Shown: positions 1-9,498 of the stretch, piece by piece
Layout: every line of letters begins with the position of its first letter
Numbering within the stretch: position 1 is the first letter of the stretch
NCBI GenBank assembly: GCA_945870425.1
Contig: CAMBSD010000010.1
Span: forward strand, 13,653-77,652
Length of the DNA stretch: 64,000 nucleotides
Direction of reading: 5' to 3'
Source of the DNA: Chitinophaga pinensis
GTDB taxonomy: Bacteria; Bacteroidota; Bacteroidia; UKL13-3
Position numbers and translations under genes: made by a program
Notes under the pieces: generated by a model
The model's database searches: none
What the model was told of the DNA's origin: nothing
What the model saw: the letters and a program-made list of their open reading frames with translations, nothing else

Positions 1-1819
1 TGAACTTAGTGGTTCTGTTCTGACTATCTAGGATATCAACAAAATACAAACCTGATTTGAAATCTTCTGCGATAAATTTGGCATGGTAAGCATTTATTTC
101 TGCAGTATTCATAAGTTGTCCATTGCTTGAGTATATTTGAATAGTCTTGATTTTAGCATTGTTCAACACCAATTCGGCATCCCCTTTGTTTTGAGAAAAT
201 TCTTGGGTGTTATATAAAATATATTCGTTTGAAGGTATGGTATTAGCAATCGAGCTGATAACATCCAAGCCTCTTGCTGATATGGTAGATTTAATGCAAG
301 AGGTATGTGACTGGTTATAAAGCATACTATCAGCCAATAATACTAGTTTGGCTGCTTGGGGCATATCCGTATTTAATTGAAGCATAGAAGCTGCGCTAAA
401 GAAAAGTTTAAATGCTACATCTGTGCCTGTGCACTCTGCCATATCATTTAAAAATCCAGACCAAATAACTGAATTACCATAAATATCGCTAGAAGATAAG
501 TTGCTTGAATATACTTTTGATGAGTTTGTATTTCGTCCTCCATTGGTGTTTCCTGACCAAAAGTACCCATCCCAATTGGCAAACCAGCGCCAATTGTTTG
601 TTGTTTGCATTTTCGAAAATTGTGTGGCTATAAAATCACAGCTTCCTTCTTCTAAAGATAATCTATCATTAGGATTTGTTGGGTCTATAGTCTTTGGTGC
701 AATTGAGTTTATGCAAGCATGGGTGTATTCATGGTTAATAACGTCAGCATCCTCAGCATCTGGCACTCCACCTGTCCCAAAGATTAAATAAAATGGAGGA
801 TCACCAAACGAAAAGCTTGAATTATCATCGCCACGGCCATGTGCATCCACATGTAATTGGTAATTGGTTAGGTTGCTGATACCAATGCTTCTCATGTAAG
901 TTTGATAATGATGAATATGATAAAGGACCATTTCTTCTTTGAAAGTTGAGGTAGCTCGGGTGAAATCGAAGTTTGCATCAGTTGAACTATAAACAGGCAA
1001 TCTAGGTGACTCAATATCTAAACTAATTGCATATTCATTTTCCATAATGAATGTATCATTAGAAATTCTTATCGGAAGTAATACATCTCTTCTTTGGTTA
1101 TTTATAGCAGGGTAATCAGCATGGTTACTATCTACCCAACGGCCTGATTTATCTGGCCATGGGTCATTGTATTTAGCGTTAATCATTGAGATTGGATCTG
1201 GGTTAAAAATTTTAGCAGCCACCAAAGTATCTTTTTTATCAAATCCTAAATGTAAGGCTTCGGAGTATAAGGTTTCATTGCTTGTAGCATGCTTAATCAC
1301 ATTGTCTTTTAAACCGTATTCAGATTTGATTTTTTCAGAATACGATGGTATAAGTTTATCTCCATCATAGATCCATAATTTTTGCGAATTTGTATTGGCA
1401 TTTGTTTTTGTGAAATAGCTGTCGCTCCAATCACTTGCATCAAATAAATTGTCGGACATAGAGATGATTTTTCCATCAAAATTGATGTTTATTTTTACAG
1501 TTGATTGATAGACTTCAATGTCTTTGTAGGTTTGAATAAATTGAAAATGATAGCCCAACAATGATTGTATAGACGATTGCAATTTCAAACCAATGTTTGG
1601 GTTATTTAGTTTGGGATTATGCTTTGTTAAATATGACTGCGCCTCATTTGCATACATCTCAAGGTTGTTTGAAGCCTTTTGCAATGGGGCATTCAAACTG
1701 ATTTTGTCATTGGTATAGATTATTTGTGTACTTCTGTGTTGCAGAAAATCCTTAACATTTTGTGCAAACAACATTTGTTGAAATGAGAGGGTGAAGATGA
1801 GGAATAATATTTTTTTCAT
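1..1819 (-). CDS. Secreted M36/M4-type zinc metallopeptidase with T9SS C-terminal domain; runs off the left window edge
   Basis: Not in the ORF track because it has no stop inside the window. ATG at 1819, signal peptide MKKILFLIFTLSFQQMLFAQ, motif FGTGGVPDAEDADVINHEYTH (HExxH at 719-733), C-terminal ...EDFKSGLYFVDILDSQNRTTKF typical of a type A CTD. Confidence 0.85.
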   Translation of the reverse strand, partial: MKKILFLIFTLSFQQMLFAQNVKDFLQHRSTQIIYTNDKISLNAPLQKASNNLEMYANEAQSYLTKHNPKLNNPNIGLKLQSSIQSLLGYHFQFIQTYKDIEVYQSTVKININFDGKIISMSDNLFDASDWSDSYFTKTNANTNSQKLWIYDGDKLIPSYSEKIKSEYGLKDNVIKHATSNETLYSEALHLGFDKKDTLVAAKIFNPDPISMINAKYNDPWPDKSGRWVDSNHADYPAINNQRRDVLLPIRISNDTFIMENEYAISLDIESPRLPVYSSTDANFDFTRATSTFKEEMVLYHIHHYQTYMRSIGISNLTNYQLHVDAHGRGDDNSSFSFGDPPFYLIFGTGGVPDAEDADVINHEYTHACINSIAPKTIDPTNPNDRLSLEEGSCDFIATQFSKMQTTNNWRWFANWDGYFWSGNTNGGRNTNSSKVYSSNLSSSDIYGNSVIWSGFLNDMAECTGTDVAFKLFFSAASMLQLNTDMPQAAKLVLLADSMLYNQSHTSCIKSTISARGLDVISSIANTIPSNEYILYNTQEFSQNKGDAELVLNNAKIKTIQIYSSNGQLMNTAEINAYHAKFIAEDFKSGLYFVDILDSQNRTTKF

Positions 1820-1821
1820 TT

Positions 1822-2427
1822 TCAAATTGGTTTAATATCGAAACGAGCCTCTTTCAGTTTTTTGATTAAGGACTCTGCTTTTTGTTTAGAAACCTCAAAT
1901 ATAAGACCTTGCTCCAAAACATCTATGTCAGTAGCGTGTAAATTTATCACACTGTTTTTTAAGATACGATATAGATCGGGATGTTGCTCATATCCGCAGG
2001 GAACAAGGTATTTCTCAGTAATTTCTTTTTCAATAATGTTTGCCCCAGATATAGCTTCTTGTGCTGCTGTCCCATATGCGTGTATTAAGCCCGGTACGCC
2101 TAAAAGTTTACCTCCAAAATAACGAACCACCACCACCAAAACGAAACTTAATTCCTTGCCAACAATGGCTCTTAATATGGGTTTACCGGCTGTATTATTG
2201 GGTTCTCTGTCGTCACTGCTTTTTTGAAATTCTCTATCATTTCCCAAAACCAATGCCCAGCAATGGTGATTAGCCGAAGGTTGTTCTTTTTTGAGTTGAT
2301 TGATTTTTTCTTTGGCCTCAATCTCATTTGTAACAGGATAAGCAAAGGCTATAAAACGACTTCCTTTGTCTTTAAACTCTGATTGAACTTCGGTTGATAT
2401 GGTTTTATATGAATTAGAAAACAGCAA
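1822..2427 (-). CDS. yigZ: YigZ/IMPACT family protein
   Basis: KDKGSRFIAFAYP, ANHHCWA, SSDDREPNNTAGKPIL and VVRYFGGKLLGVPGL motifs; TTG start overlaps the upstream gene. Confidence 0.92.
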   Translation of the reverse strand: MLFSNSYKTISTEVQSEFKDKGSRFIAFAYPVTNEIEAKEKINQLKKEQPSANHHCWALVLGNDREFQKSSDDREPNNTAGKPILRAIVGKELSFVLVVVVRYFGGKLLGVPGLIHAYGTAAQEAISGANIIEKEITEKYLVPCGYEQHPDLYRILKNSVINLHATDIDVLEQGLIFEVSKQKAESLIKKLKEARFDIKPI

Positions 2428-3298
2428 GGTAAACTTCAGAAATTAAAATGATTGAGACCACAGATAGAAGCAAGCCATACCAATTTAATTTGTTCATTTT
2501 TTCTTTGAAAAAAACAATCGAAACTAAACTAGATGCCGCCAAGATGCCAATATTATTTAAAGGGAAAACAACGGCACTTGTATTGTGAAAAGCTGAAAGT
2601 GTTTTTAGTAAAAAATACATACTAAAATAATTGGGAATACCCAACATAAATCCCCAGAAAATATTTTTTATAGTGAGCTTTAAATTGTTTTTGAAAACAT
2701 CATAAAGCAAAACAAAAATACCAAAAACAAAAGCCATAGTAAAGGTGATGGTAATAATGTGTGCCTCGCTATGCGCAGGTATGAAATGGGTTTGAATGAT
2801 TTTTAAAGTGGTATCTATTACACCACTTCCCATAAATACAATAAGTGGAAGTATCCAAAGGTTTTTGCTTTCCGTTTTTCCTGATTGGTCTTTTTTGCTA
2901 ATAAAATACACTGCCACAAGCGACAAACTGATTCCTATTAATTGCATGTATTTTATATGTTCGCTGTACATGATAACTGCAAATAAAATGGGAACCACCA
3001 CTGAGAGTTTGGCTGAAACCATACTCACCGAAACCCCCATCTGTTGGGCTGTTTTTCCTATGGCAAAAAATATGGTAATGAACATAAAGCCTAAGAATAC
3101 CGTGTAAGGAAACCAATCCATTGTCCAAAAAGGTGTGCTAAATACTGCGTCAGAAACACCAACAAAATTGCCTAAGATGGCACAAGCCAAATAATTGAAA
3201 ACAATTCCTGTGAGTATGTGAACCCCAAGTTTTTCAAATACTTTAAAATAACTTACCGTGATGGTGGAAGCGAGGATGCTGAGAAGTAAAAATATCAT
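2414..3298 (-). CDS. DMT/EamA family transporter
   Basis: About 10 hydrophobic segments in two repeats; FFKEK..KLNWYG end motif. Confidence 0.85.
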   Translation of the reverse strand: MIFLLLSILASTITVSYFKVFEKLGVHILTGIVFNYLACAILGNFVGVSDAVFSTPFWTMDWFPYTVFLGFMFITIFFAIGKTAQQMGVSVSMVSAKLSVVVPILFAVIMYSEHIKYMQLIGISLSLVAVYFISKKDQSGKTESKNLWILPLIVFMGSGVIDTTLKIIQTHFIPAHSEAHIITITFTMAFVFGIFVLLYDVFKNNLKLTIKNIFWGFMLGIPNYFSMYFLLKTLSAFHNTSAVVFPLNNIGILAASSLVSIVFFKEKMNKLNWYGLLLSVVSIILISEVYLAVF

Positions 3299-4347
3299 GA
3301 ATGTAAATAATAACTAAGCTGAACATTATCTATTACTTCTTGTTGTAATAGCTTACCTGAGATGAGAGGAGAAGGAACTCCTTGGCTAATGGTTTTATTG
3401 GATGTAAACACAATGGCTTCGTCCCATATACCTTGATTTATAAGGGTGTTTAACAATTGCTCACCGCCTTCAACAATTACACTTTGTATTCCTTTTTGAT
3501 AAAGCGATTTGAGAATAGTATGAATTAAATTTTCATCAAAAGGTATTTGCATATACTCGAGGTTTTCTGAAGATGCTTTTTCTTTTTCGGTATAAACTAT
3601 TGTTGGAATAGAGCCATCAAACAACTTAAGTGTTGAATCCAAACGCAAGTTTTTATCAAGGGTAATTCTGATTGGATTTCTACCTTCCCATTCGCGGGCA
3701 TTCAAAGCTGGGTTGTCAAATAGGGTAGTGTTCGTTCCCACCATAATGGCATCCTCTTGGGTGCGCCATCTATGTACTAATTTTTGAACAATCCTATCTG
3801 TAATATGTCTTTGTTCTTCAAATTTTTCTTTGCTTAACAACCGGGCATCTGGAGCAATGTATCCATTGATGGTTTTGGCCCATTTCAAAATAACATAAGG
3901 CAATTGTTTAGTGTGATATTTGATGAATCTTCTATTCAAGTATTTACACTCTTCCTCCAAGATACCAATTTCCACATCAATGCCTACATCCTTTAGTTTA
4001 GCCATGCCCTTACCATCCACTTTACTAAAAGGATCAATCATGCCAATAACCACCTTTTTAGGACGATGACTTATCAATAAATCTGCACAAGGAAGGGTTT
4101 TGCCATGATGGCTGCATGGCTCAAGGTTTACATATATGGTGGATTCAGCAATTAGGCTTTTGTCTTTTACAGAAGCAATGGCATTTACCTCCGCATGGGC
4201 TTGGCCATATTGCTGGTGCCAGCCTTCTCCAATAATTCTGTCATTGTGCACGATGACACAGCCAACCATTGGGTTAGGTGTAACCTTGCCTGCTCCTAAA
4301 AGAGCCAATTGCAGGCAGCGCTCCATATATAGCTTATGCTGTGACAT
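3295..4347 (-). CDS. ribD: Riboflavin biosynthesis bifunctional deaminase/reductase RibD
   Basis: PNPMVGCVIV, HAEVNA, LEPCSHHGKTLPC, VEGG motifs. Confidence 0.97.
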   Translation of the reverse strand: MSQHKLYMERCLQLALLGAGKVTPNPMVGCVIVHNDRIIGEGWHQQYGQAHAEVNAIASVKDKSLIAESTIYVNLEPCSHHGKTLPCADLLISHRPKKVVIGMIDPFSKVDGKGMAKLKDVGIDVEIGILEEECKYLNRRFIKYHTKQLPYVILKWAKTINGYIAPDARLLSKEKFEEQRHITDRIVQKLVHRWRTQEDAIMVGTNTTLFDNPALNAREWEGRNPIRITLDKNLRLDSTLKLFDGSIPTIVYTEKEKASSENLEYMQIPFDENLIHTILKSLYQKGIQSVIVEGGEQLLNTLINQGIWDEAIVFTSNKTISQGVPSPLISGKLLQQEVIDNVQLSYYLHS

Positions 4348-4351
4348 GGCG

Positions 4352-4359
4352 CGAAAGTA
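4352..4359 (-). promoter_or_regulatory. Bacteroidota -7 promoter box (TACTTTCG) 4 nt before the ribD ATG
   Basis: Minus strand reads TACTTTCG-CGCC-ATG. Confidence 0.6.
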
Positions 4360-4469
4360 ATGGATTTGCTTTTATTTTATGTATTAGGCTTGTTGATGAG
4401 TTTATAATAAACATGGTTTATTCTTTATTTAAGCTATACACATCACATTTCAATTCTCATTATTAAACC

Positions 4470-4477
4470 TACCTTTG
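4470..4477 (+). promoter_or_regulatory. Bacteroidota -7 promoter box (TACCTTTG) 4 nt before the prmC ATG
   Basis: TACCTTTG-AAGC-ATG, an exact TAnnTTTG match. Confidence 0.65.
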
Positions 4478-4481
4478 AAGC

Positions 4482-5327
4482 ATGAATCTTCAGTTGTATT
4501 ACAACAATTACATCAAGCAACTATCAGGGGTGTATGAAGCCGATGAGGCTGTATCCATCACCAATTGGGTTTTTGAAGATATTTTGTTGGTAAAGTCTTT
4601 TCAAATACCCATGCTCGAGAAGCAATTGAGTTTTACTGAAGAAAACGACTTGAATGATATTTTGGAGCGACTCCTGCTCCATGAGCCTTTGCAGTATATT
4701 TTGGGCTACGCCTATTTTTATGAATTGAAATGTATTGTCAATAAATCGGTGTTGATTCCAAGGCCTGAAACGGAAGAATTAGCTAGGTTGATTGTGCAGA
4801 GAGAAAAAGTCAATACATCGCTAAATATTATTGACATTGGAACTGGCAGCGGCTGCATTGCTATTAGTTTGAAGCACCACATGCCTCAATCCAAAGTTTG
4901 GGCGATGGATATTTCTACGGAAGCATTAGTAGTATCAAAGCAAAATGTCTCAGATAATAAAGTGGCTATTCAGTTTGTTCAAGATGATATCAGAGATTCA
5001 CAATTCAAATTTGAAAACCAGAAATTTGATATCATTGTTTCAAATCCACCCTATATCAAAGAGGATGAAAAGGCCGCGATGCATAATAATGTCCTTAATT
5101 ATGAACCTAGCTTAGCTTTATTTGTGCCCAACCAAAATGCATTGCTTTTTTATAAAGCCATTTTAGCATTTGCTAAAGGTAATCTTGCCGAAAATGGAAG
5201 AATTTATTTCGAGATTAATGAAGCGCTTGGTAATGAAATGAAGGAACTCTGCCTATCATTTGGCTTTCAAAATGTTGAATTGCAAAAGGATATGCAAGGG
5301 AAAGATAGGATCTTGGTTGTTAGTTGA
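4482..5327 (+). CDS. prmC: Release factor glutamine methyltransferase PrmC/HemK
   Basis: EPLQYILG, VLIPRPETEEL, DIGTGSGCIA, VSNPPY. Confidence 0.97.
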   Translation: MNLQLYYNNYIKQLSGVYEADEAVSITNWVFEDILLVKSFQIPMLEKQLSFTEENDLNDILERLLLHEPLQYILGYAYFYELKCIVNKSVLIPRPETEELARLIVQREKVNTSLNIIDIGTGSGCIAISLKHHMPQSKVWAMDISTEALVVSKQNVSDNKVAIQFVQDDIRDSQFKFENQKFDIIVSNPPYIKEDEKAAMHNNVLNYEPSLALFVPNQNALLFYKAILAFAKGNLAENGRIYFEINEALGNEMKELCLSFGFQNVELQKDMQGKDRILVVS

Positions 5328-5382
5328 CAATTTTCAGTAAACAATTAGTTCGAGTATATTGAATGCTTACTAAAGTTCATAA

Positions 5383-5417
5383 TTCACACATATACACATT
5401 CTCACATTTCCACATTT
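5383..5417 (+). repeat. Short 8-bp-period tandem repeat (nnCACATT-like, about 4 copies)
   Basis: ttcacacata tacacatt ctcacatt tccacatt in the intergenic space. Confidence 0.55.
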
Positions 5418-5478
5418 ACGTATGCGGTAATTAAGAAAATCAAACAAAATGTATATTCGCCCGCAAATGATAAAACAA

Positions 5479-8421
5479 ATGAAAAAATCAATTTTAGCCC
5501 TTTTAGTGGCTGTATTATTTTCAGTTTCGATGGTTTATGCCCAATACGAAACCGAAACCATCAAAGATGCAAATAGTAAGTTTACCTATACCATGGTAAA
5601 AGGTGATCCTATGAAAGTGCGCACTTACACATTAAGCAATGGCTTAACGGTGATGATCAGTGTAAACAAAAAATCACCACGTGTTCAAACTTTAATAGCT
5701 ACCAAAGCGGGAAGTAAAAACGACCCTGCTGAAAACACAGGTTTAGCGCATTACCTAGAGCACATGTTATTTAAAGGAACTGATAAGTTTGGTTCTAAAA
5801 ATTGGAAGAGCGAAAAAGAGCAATTGGAAATAATTGATGAGTTATATGAAAAATACAACAAAACAACAGATGAGCAAAAGCGCAAAACCATCTACCACGA
5901 GATTGATTCGGTGAGTGGCTTGGCCAGTAAATATGCTATTGCAAACGAATATGATAAAATGATGACATCTATTGGTGCCCAGGGTACCAATGCTTTCACC
6001 TCATTGGAGCAAACAGTATATGTGAATGATATCCCGCAAAACAACATTGAAAAATGGTTAGGTATAGAAGCAGAAAGATTCAGAAACCCAATTCTTCGTT
6101 TATTCCATACCGAACTAGAAGCCGTTTACGAAGAAAAAAACATCTCTTTGGACAACGATGGCAGAAAAGTATTCGAAGCTTTGTTGTCGAATTTATTCCG
6201 CAAACACAGTTACGGAACGCAAACTACGATTGGTACGGTTGAACATTTGAAAAACCCTTCATTGGTTAAGATTAGAAATTATTACAACTCATACTACGTG
6301 CCTAATAATATGGCTATCATTCTAGCAGGAGATATTGACCCTGAGAAAACCATGACTTGGATTGAGGCTAAATTTGGATACATGAAAACCAAAAAAGTAC
6401 CTTCATTTGAATTCTTACCTGAAACCACCAAACCAGTTGAAACCGTTGTGGAAGTTAATGGTCCTGATGCTGAAAATATGATGATTGGTTATCGTTTACC
6501 AGGTATTGGAAACCTAAGAGAAGCAAGACTTTTACAAATTGTAGATGCCATTTTATCAAACTCTAAAGCAGGTTTAATTGATTTGAATTTGTTGAAGAAG
6601 CAAGAAGTGTTAGCGGCATCATCTTCTAACTGGATTAACAAAGATTATAGCATTGAATTTTTAACAGGTAAGCCAAAAGCAGGTCAAAAATTGGAAGAAG
6701 TTAAAGACCTATTATTAGCTCAAATCGAAAATATTAAGAGCGGAAACTTTGATGGAAATTTATTAAAAGCCATCATCAGCAATATTAAAGTGATGAAGAT
6801 AGAAGAGCGCAAAAGCAATGATGCCATTGCTTATACTATGTTGGATGCTTTTACTTTAGGTCGTCAATGGAAGGAAGCAGCAGCTGATTTAGATGCCATG
6901 GCCACATTTACCAAAAAGGATGTGATGGATTTTGCTAAAATGTATTTCACTAACGATCGCGTGGTGATCTACAAACGCAAAGGTGAAGATAAGTCTGTAA
7001 CCAAAATTGTGAAGCCAGAAATAACACCAGTTGATGTAAATCGTGATGATGTTTCTCCTTTTGTAAAAGCAGTATTGGATACCAAAACAGAACCTATCAA
7101 ACCCGTTTTTGTGGATTATAACAAAGCCATCAAACGTTTTGGATATGCCAGCAAAGTGCAAGTGTCATATCTTAAAAATGAAGACAATGATTTATTCAAA
7201 TTATACTATGTGTTGGATATGGGTAAATTCAATGATTTGAAATTGCCTTTAGCTGTAAATTACCTGCAATTTTTAGGAACGGATAAATACTCGGCAGAAG
7301 ATATCAGCAAAGAGTTTTACAAGCTTGCTTGCGATTTTGGTGTGAGTGTTCAAGATGAACAAGTATATGTGTATTTAACTGGATTGAATGAGAATTTTGA
7401 TGCGGCTGTTAAATTGTTTGAACATTTATTGGCCAATGCCAAGCCAGATGAAGAAGCTTTGAAATCAATGGTTGAGCGCAATTTAAAAAACAGAGCTGAC
7501 AATAAATTGAACAAAGGTGTGATTTTCCGTAGGGCATTAAATAGCTATGCCATGTATGGTAAAAACAATCCTTTTACATACAACTTAAGCGAGCAACAAT
7601 TAAAAGCAATTACAACTACTGAGTTGGTAAGTTATATCAAAGCATTAACTTCATACCAACACAAAATTTGGTATTTCGGTCCTCTTGAAATGCAAGGATT
7701 GCGCAAGGCTTTAACTACCTACCATTTATTACCTGCACAATTAAAAGATTATCCAAAGCCAGTTGAGTTTACTAGAAACAATACAAGTGAAAATAAAGTT
7801 TTCTTCACCAATTACGATATGGTGCAAGCAGAAATTATGTGGATTAACCGTGCTTATGATGGATATGATACAAGCAAAACTGCTACTGTTACTTTGTTAA
7901 ATGAGTATTTTGGTGGTGGCATGAGTGGCTTGGTGTTTCAAACCATTCGCGAGTCGAAAGCTTTGGCCTATTCAACCTATTCTTATTTCCAACAACCAAG
8001 CAAAAAGAAAGATCCGAATTATATCATTGCTTATGTAGGAACGCAATCGGATAAAATGAATGATGCCATTCCAGCTATGAATGAGTTGTTGAACAAATTG
8101 CCTAGAGCAGATAAGAATTTTGACAATGCTATTTCATCTATAAAAAATAGCATCGAAACAGAGAGAATAAATGATGAAGAAATTCTTTTCAGATTTGATG
8201 CATTAAACAAATTGGGAATTAACCACGATAACCGTCAACAGATTTACAATAGAATTGGAACTTTGAAATTTGAGGATATTGATAATTTCTTCAATATGTA
8301 TTATGTAAACAAGCCAAGCTATTACTGCATCATGGGTTCTAAAGACAAATTGAAACAAGACGATTTGAAAAAATACGGAAACCTAGTTGAGTTGAGTTTG
8401 GAAGATATTTTTGGATACTAA
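5479..8421 (+). CDS. M16 (insulinase) family zinc protease
   Basis: TGLAHYLEHMLFKGT inverted HxxEH, NAFTS, C-terminal FQTIRESKALAY. Start moved from 5449 to 5479 because a TATATTCG promoter-like box lies at 5452-5459 and MKKSILALL is a signal peptide. Confidence 0.93.
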   Translation: MKKSILALLVAVLFSVSMVYAQYETETIKDANSKFTYTMVKGDPMKVRTYTLSNGLTVMISVNKKSPRVQTLIATKAGSKNDPAENTGLAHYLEHMLFKGTDKFGSKNWKSEKEQLEIIDELYEKYNKTTDEQKRKTIYHEIDSVSGLASKYAIANEYDKMMTSIGAQGTNAFTSLEQTVYVNDIPQNNIEKWLGIEAERFRNPILRLFHTELEAVYEEKNISLDNDGRKVFEALLSNLFRKHSYGTQTTIGTVEHLKNPSLVKIRNYYNSYYVPNNMAIILAGDIDPEKTMTWIEAKFGYMKTKKVPSFEFLPETTKPVETVVEVNGPDAENMMIGYRLPGIGNLREARLLQIVDAILSNSKAGLIDLNLLKKQEVLAASSSNWINKDYSIEFLTGKPKAGQKLEEVKDLLLAQIENIKSGNFDGNLLKAIISNIKVMKIEERKSNDAIAYTMLDAFTLGRQWKEAAADLDAMATFTKKDVMDFAKMYFTNDRVVIYKRKGEDKSVTKIVKPEITPVDVNRDDVSPFVKAVLDTKTEPIKPVFVDYNKAIKRFGYASKVQVSYLKNEDNDLFKLYYVLDMGKFNDLKLPLAVNYLQFLGTDKYSAEDISKEFYKLACDFGVSVQDEQVYVYLTGLNENFDAAVKLFEHLLANAKPDEEALKSMVERNLKNRADNKLNKGVIFRRALNSYAMYGKNNPFTYNLSEQQLKAITTTELVSYIKALTSYQHKIWYFGPLEMQGLRKALTTYHLLPAQLKDYPKPVEFTRNNTSENKVFFTNYDMVQAEIMWINRAYDGYDTSKTATVTLLNEYFGGGMSGLVFQTIRESKALAYSTYSYFQQPSKKKDPNYIIAYVGTQSDKMNDAIPAMNELLNKLPRADKNFDNAISSIKNSIETERINDEEILFRFDALNKLGINHDNRQQIYNRIGTLKFEDIDNFFNMYYVNKPSYYCIMGSKDKLKQDDLKKYGNLVELSLEDIFGY

Positions 8422-8445
8422 TTACTGCCGAACCCAAGAGCTATA

Positions 8446-9258
8446 ATGAATAATTTCGCGCAACGATCATTAACAGGTTTCTTTTTTGTGAGCACCATTG
8501 TTGGATGCACACTATTTAATGAGTGGTCGTATTTTATATTGTTGTTTGCCATCAATTTTCTTTGCTTATTGGAGTTTTATGAATTGATGTTGCCCGATAA
8601 ATCTTGGATTGAAAAGTACTTAGGTGTTATTGCAGGAAGTATCATTTTCTGCATGTTTGTTTTCATCATCAGAGGAACACTATCCTTGAGTTGGTTCTAC
8701 CACTTGATACCTGTTTTCATGCTCATGTTTATTATTAAATTGTTTGAAAACACTAAGCGTGAGTTTGATACCTTGGCTTACCAATTGTTTGGCATCATGT
8801 ATATCTGTTTTCCTTTGGTGATGCTAGCTGATTTAAGTTACTTCAATTCGGTGGATTATAGCTTTGCCTTACCAATGGGATTTTTTATCCTACAATGGGG
8901 GAGTGATACAGGTGCTTATATAGCAGGCAAGCAATTTGGCAAGCATAAGTTTTTTGAAAGAATTTCGCCTAAAAAGACTTGGGAAGGCGGCATTGGTGCT
9001 TTTATTATTAATCTAGCTGTAGCCTATGGCCTATCTATGTTATGGGATGATGTTAGCACCATAGATTGGATGATAATAGCATCTATCATTGTGGTTTTTG
9101 GCACCTTTGGCGATTTGTTTGAATCTTTGCTTAAACGCAATTTAGGAATAAAAGATTCTGGTAATAAACTACCCGGACATGGGGGTGTTTTAGACCGTTT
9201 TGATGGTGTGTTTTTCTCGGCACCTGCGGTTTATTTTTATATGTTATTTACAAACTAA
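8446..9258 (+). CDS. cdsA: Phosphatidate cytidylyltransferase
   Basis: SDTGAY..GK.FGKHK, ISPKKTWEG, GDLFESLLKR..GIKDSG..LPGHGGVLDRFDG. Confidence 0.96.
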   Translation: MNNFAQRSLTGFFFVSTIVGCTLFNEWSYFILLFAINFLCLLEFYELMLPDKSWIEKYLGVIAGSIIFCMFVFIIRGTLSLSWFYHLIPVFMLMFIIKLFENTKREFDTLAYQLFGIMYICFPLVMLADLSYFNSVDYSFALPMGFFILQWGSDTGAYIAGKQFGKHKFFERISPKKTWEGGIGAFIINLAVAYGLSMLWDDVSTIDWMIIASIIVVFGTFGDLFESLLKRNLGIKDSGNKLPGHGGVLDRFDGVFFSAPAVYFYMLFTN

Positions 9259-9279
9259 TTCTAATAGAACATTTAAAAG

Positions 9280-9315
9280 AAAAGGGTTGAAATCTAAGGT
9301 TTCAACCCTTTTTTG
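9280..9315 (+). terminator. Rho-independent terminator after cdsA
   Basis: aaaagggttgaaa...tttcaaccctttt stem followed by a T-tract. Confidence 0.8.
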
Positions 9316-9460
9316 TTTTGCCTATGCTTGTTGTTTAGCGCAGCGCCATCAAGCATATAAAATGTTTGGTGATAATAACAAGCGTAGGCAAAAGACAAAT
9401 CGTATTGAAATACTCAAATTTAAATCAGGTGATGACATATTTGAGTTAATACCATAACCT

Positions 9461-9495
9461 AAAAACAAAAAATCTCGAAGCCACGCTTCGGGATT
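9461..9495 (-). terminator. Rho-independent terminator after the 9499-10506 gene
   Basis: Minus strand: aatcccgaagc-gtg-gcttcgagatt followed by ttttgttttt. Confidence 0.75.
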
Positions 9496-9498
9496 AAT

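Noticed and set aside
501-1370. Plus-strand ORFs 501-791 and 1167-1370
   Set aside because: Antisense shadows of the minus-strand metallopeptidase that the ORF track missed.
9200-9457. 85-aa ORF overlapping the end of cdsA
   Set aside because: Runs through the cdsA terminator and has no recognisable features.
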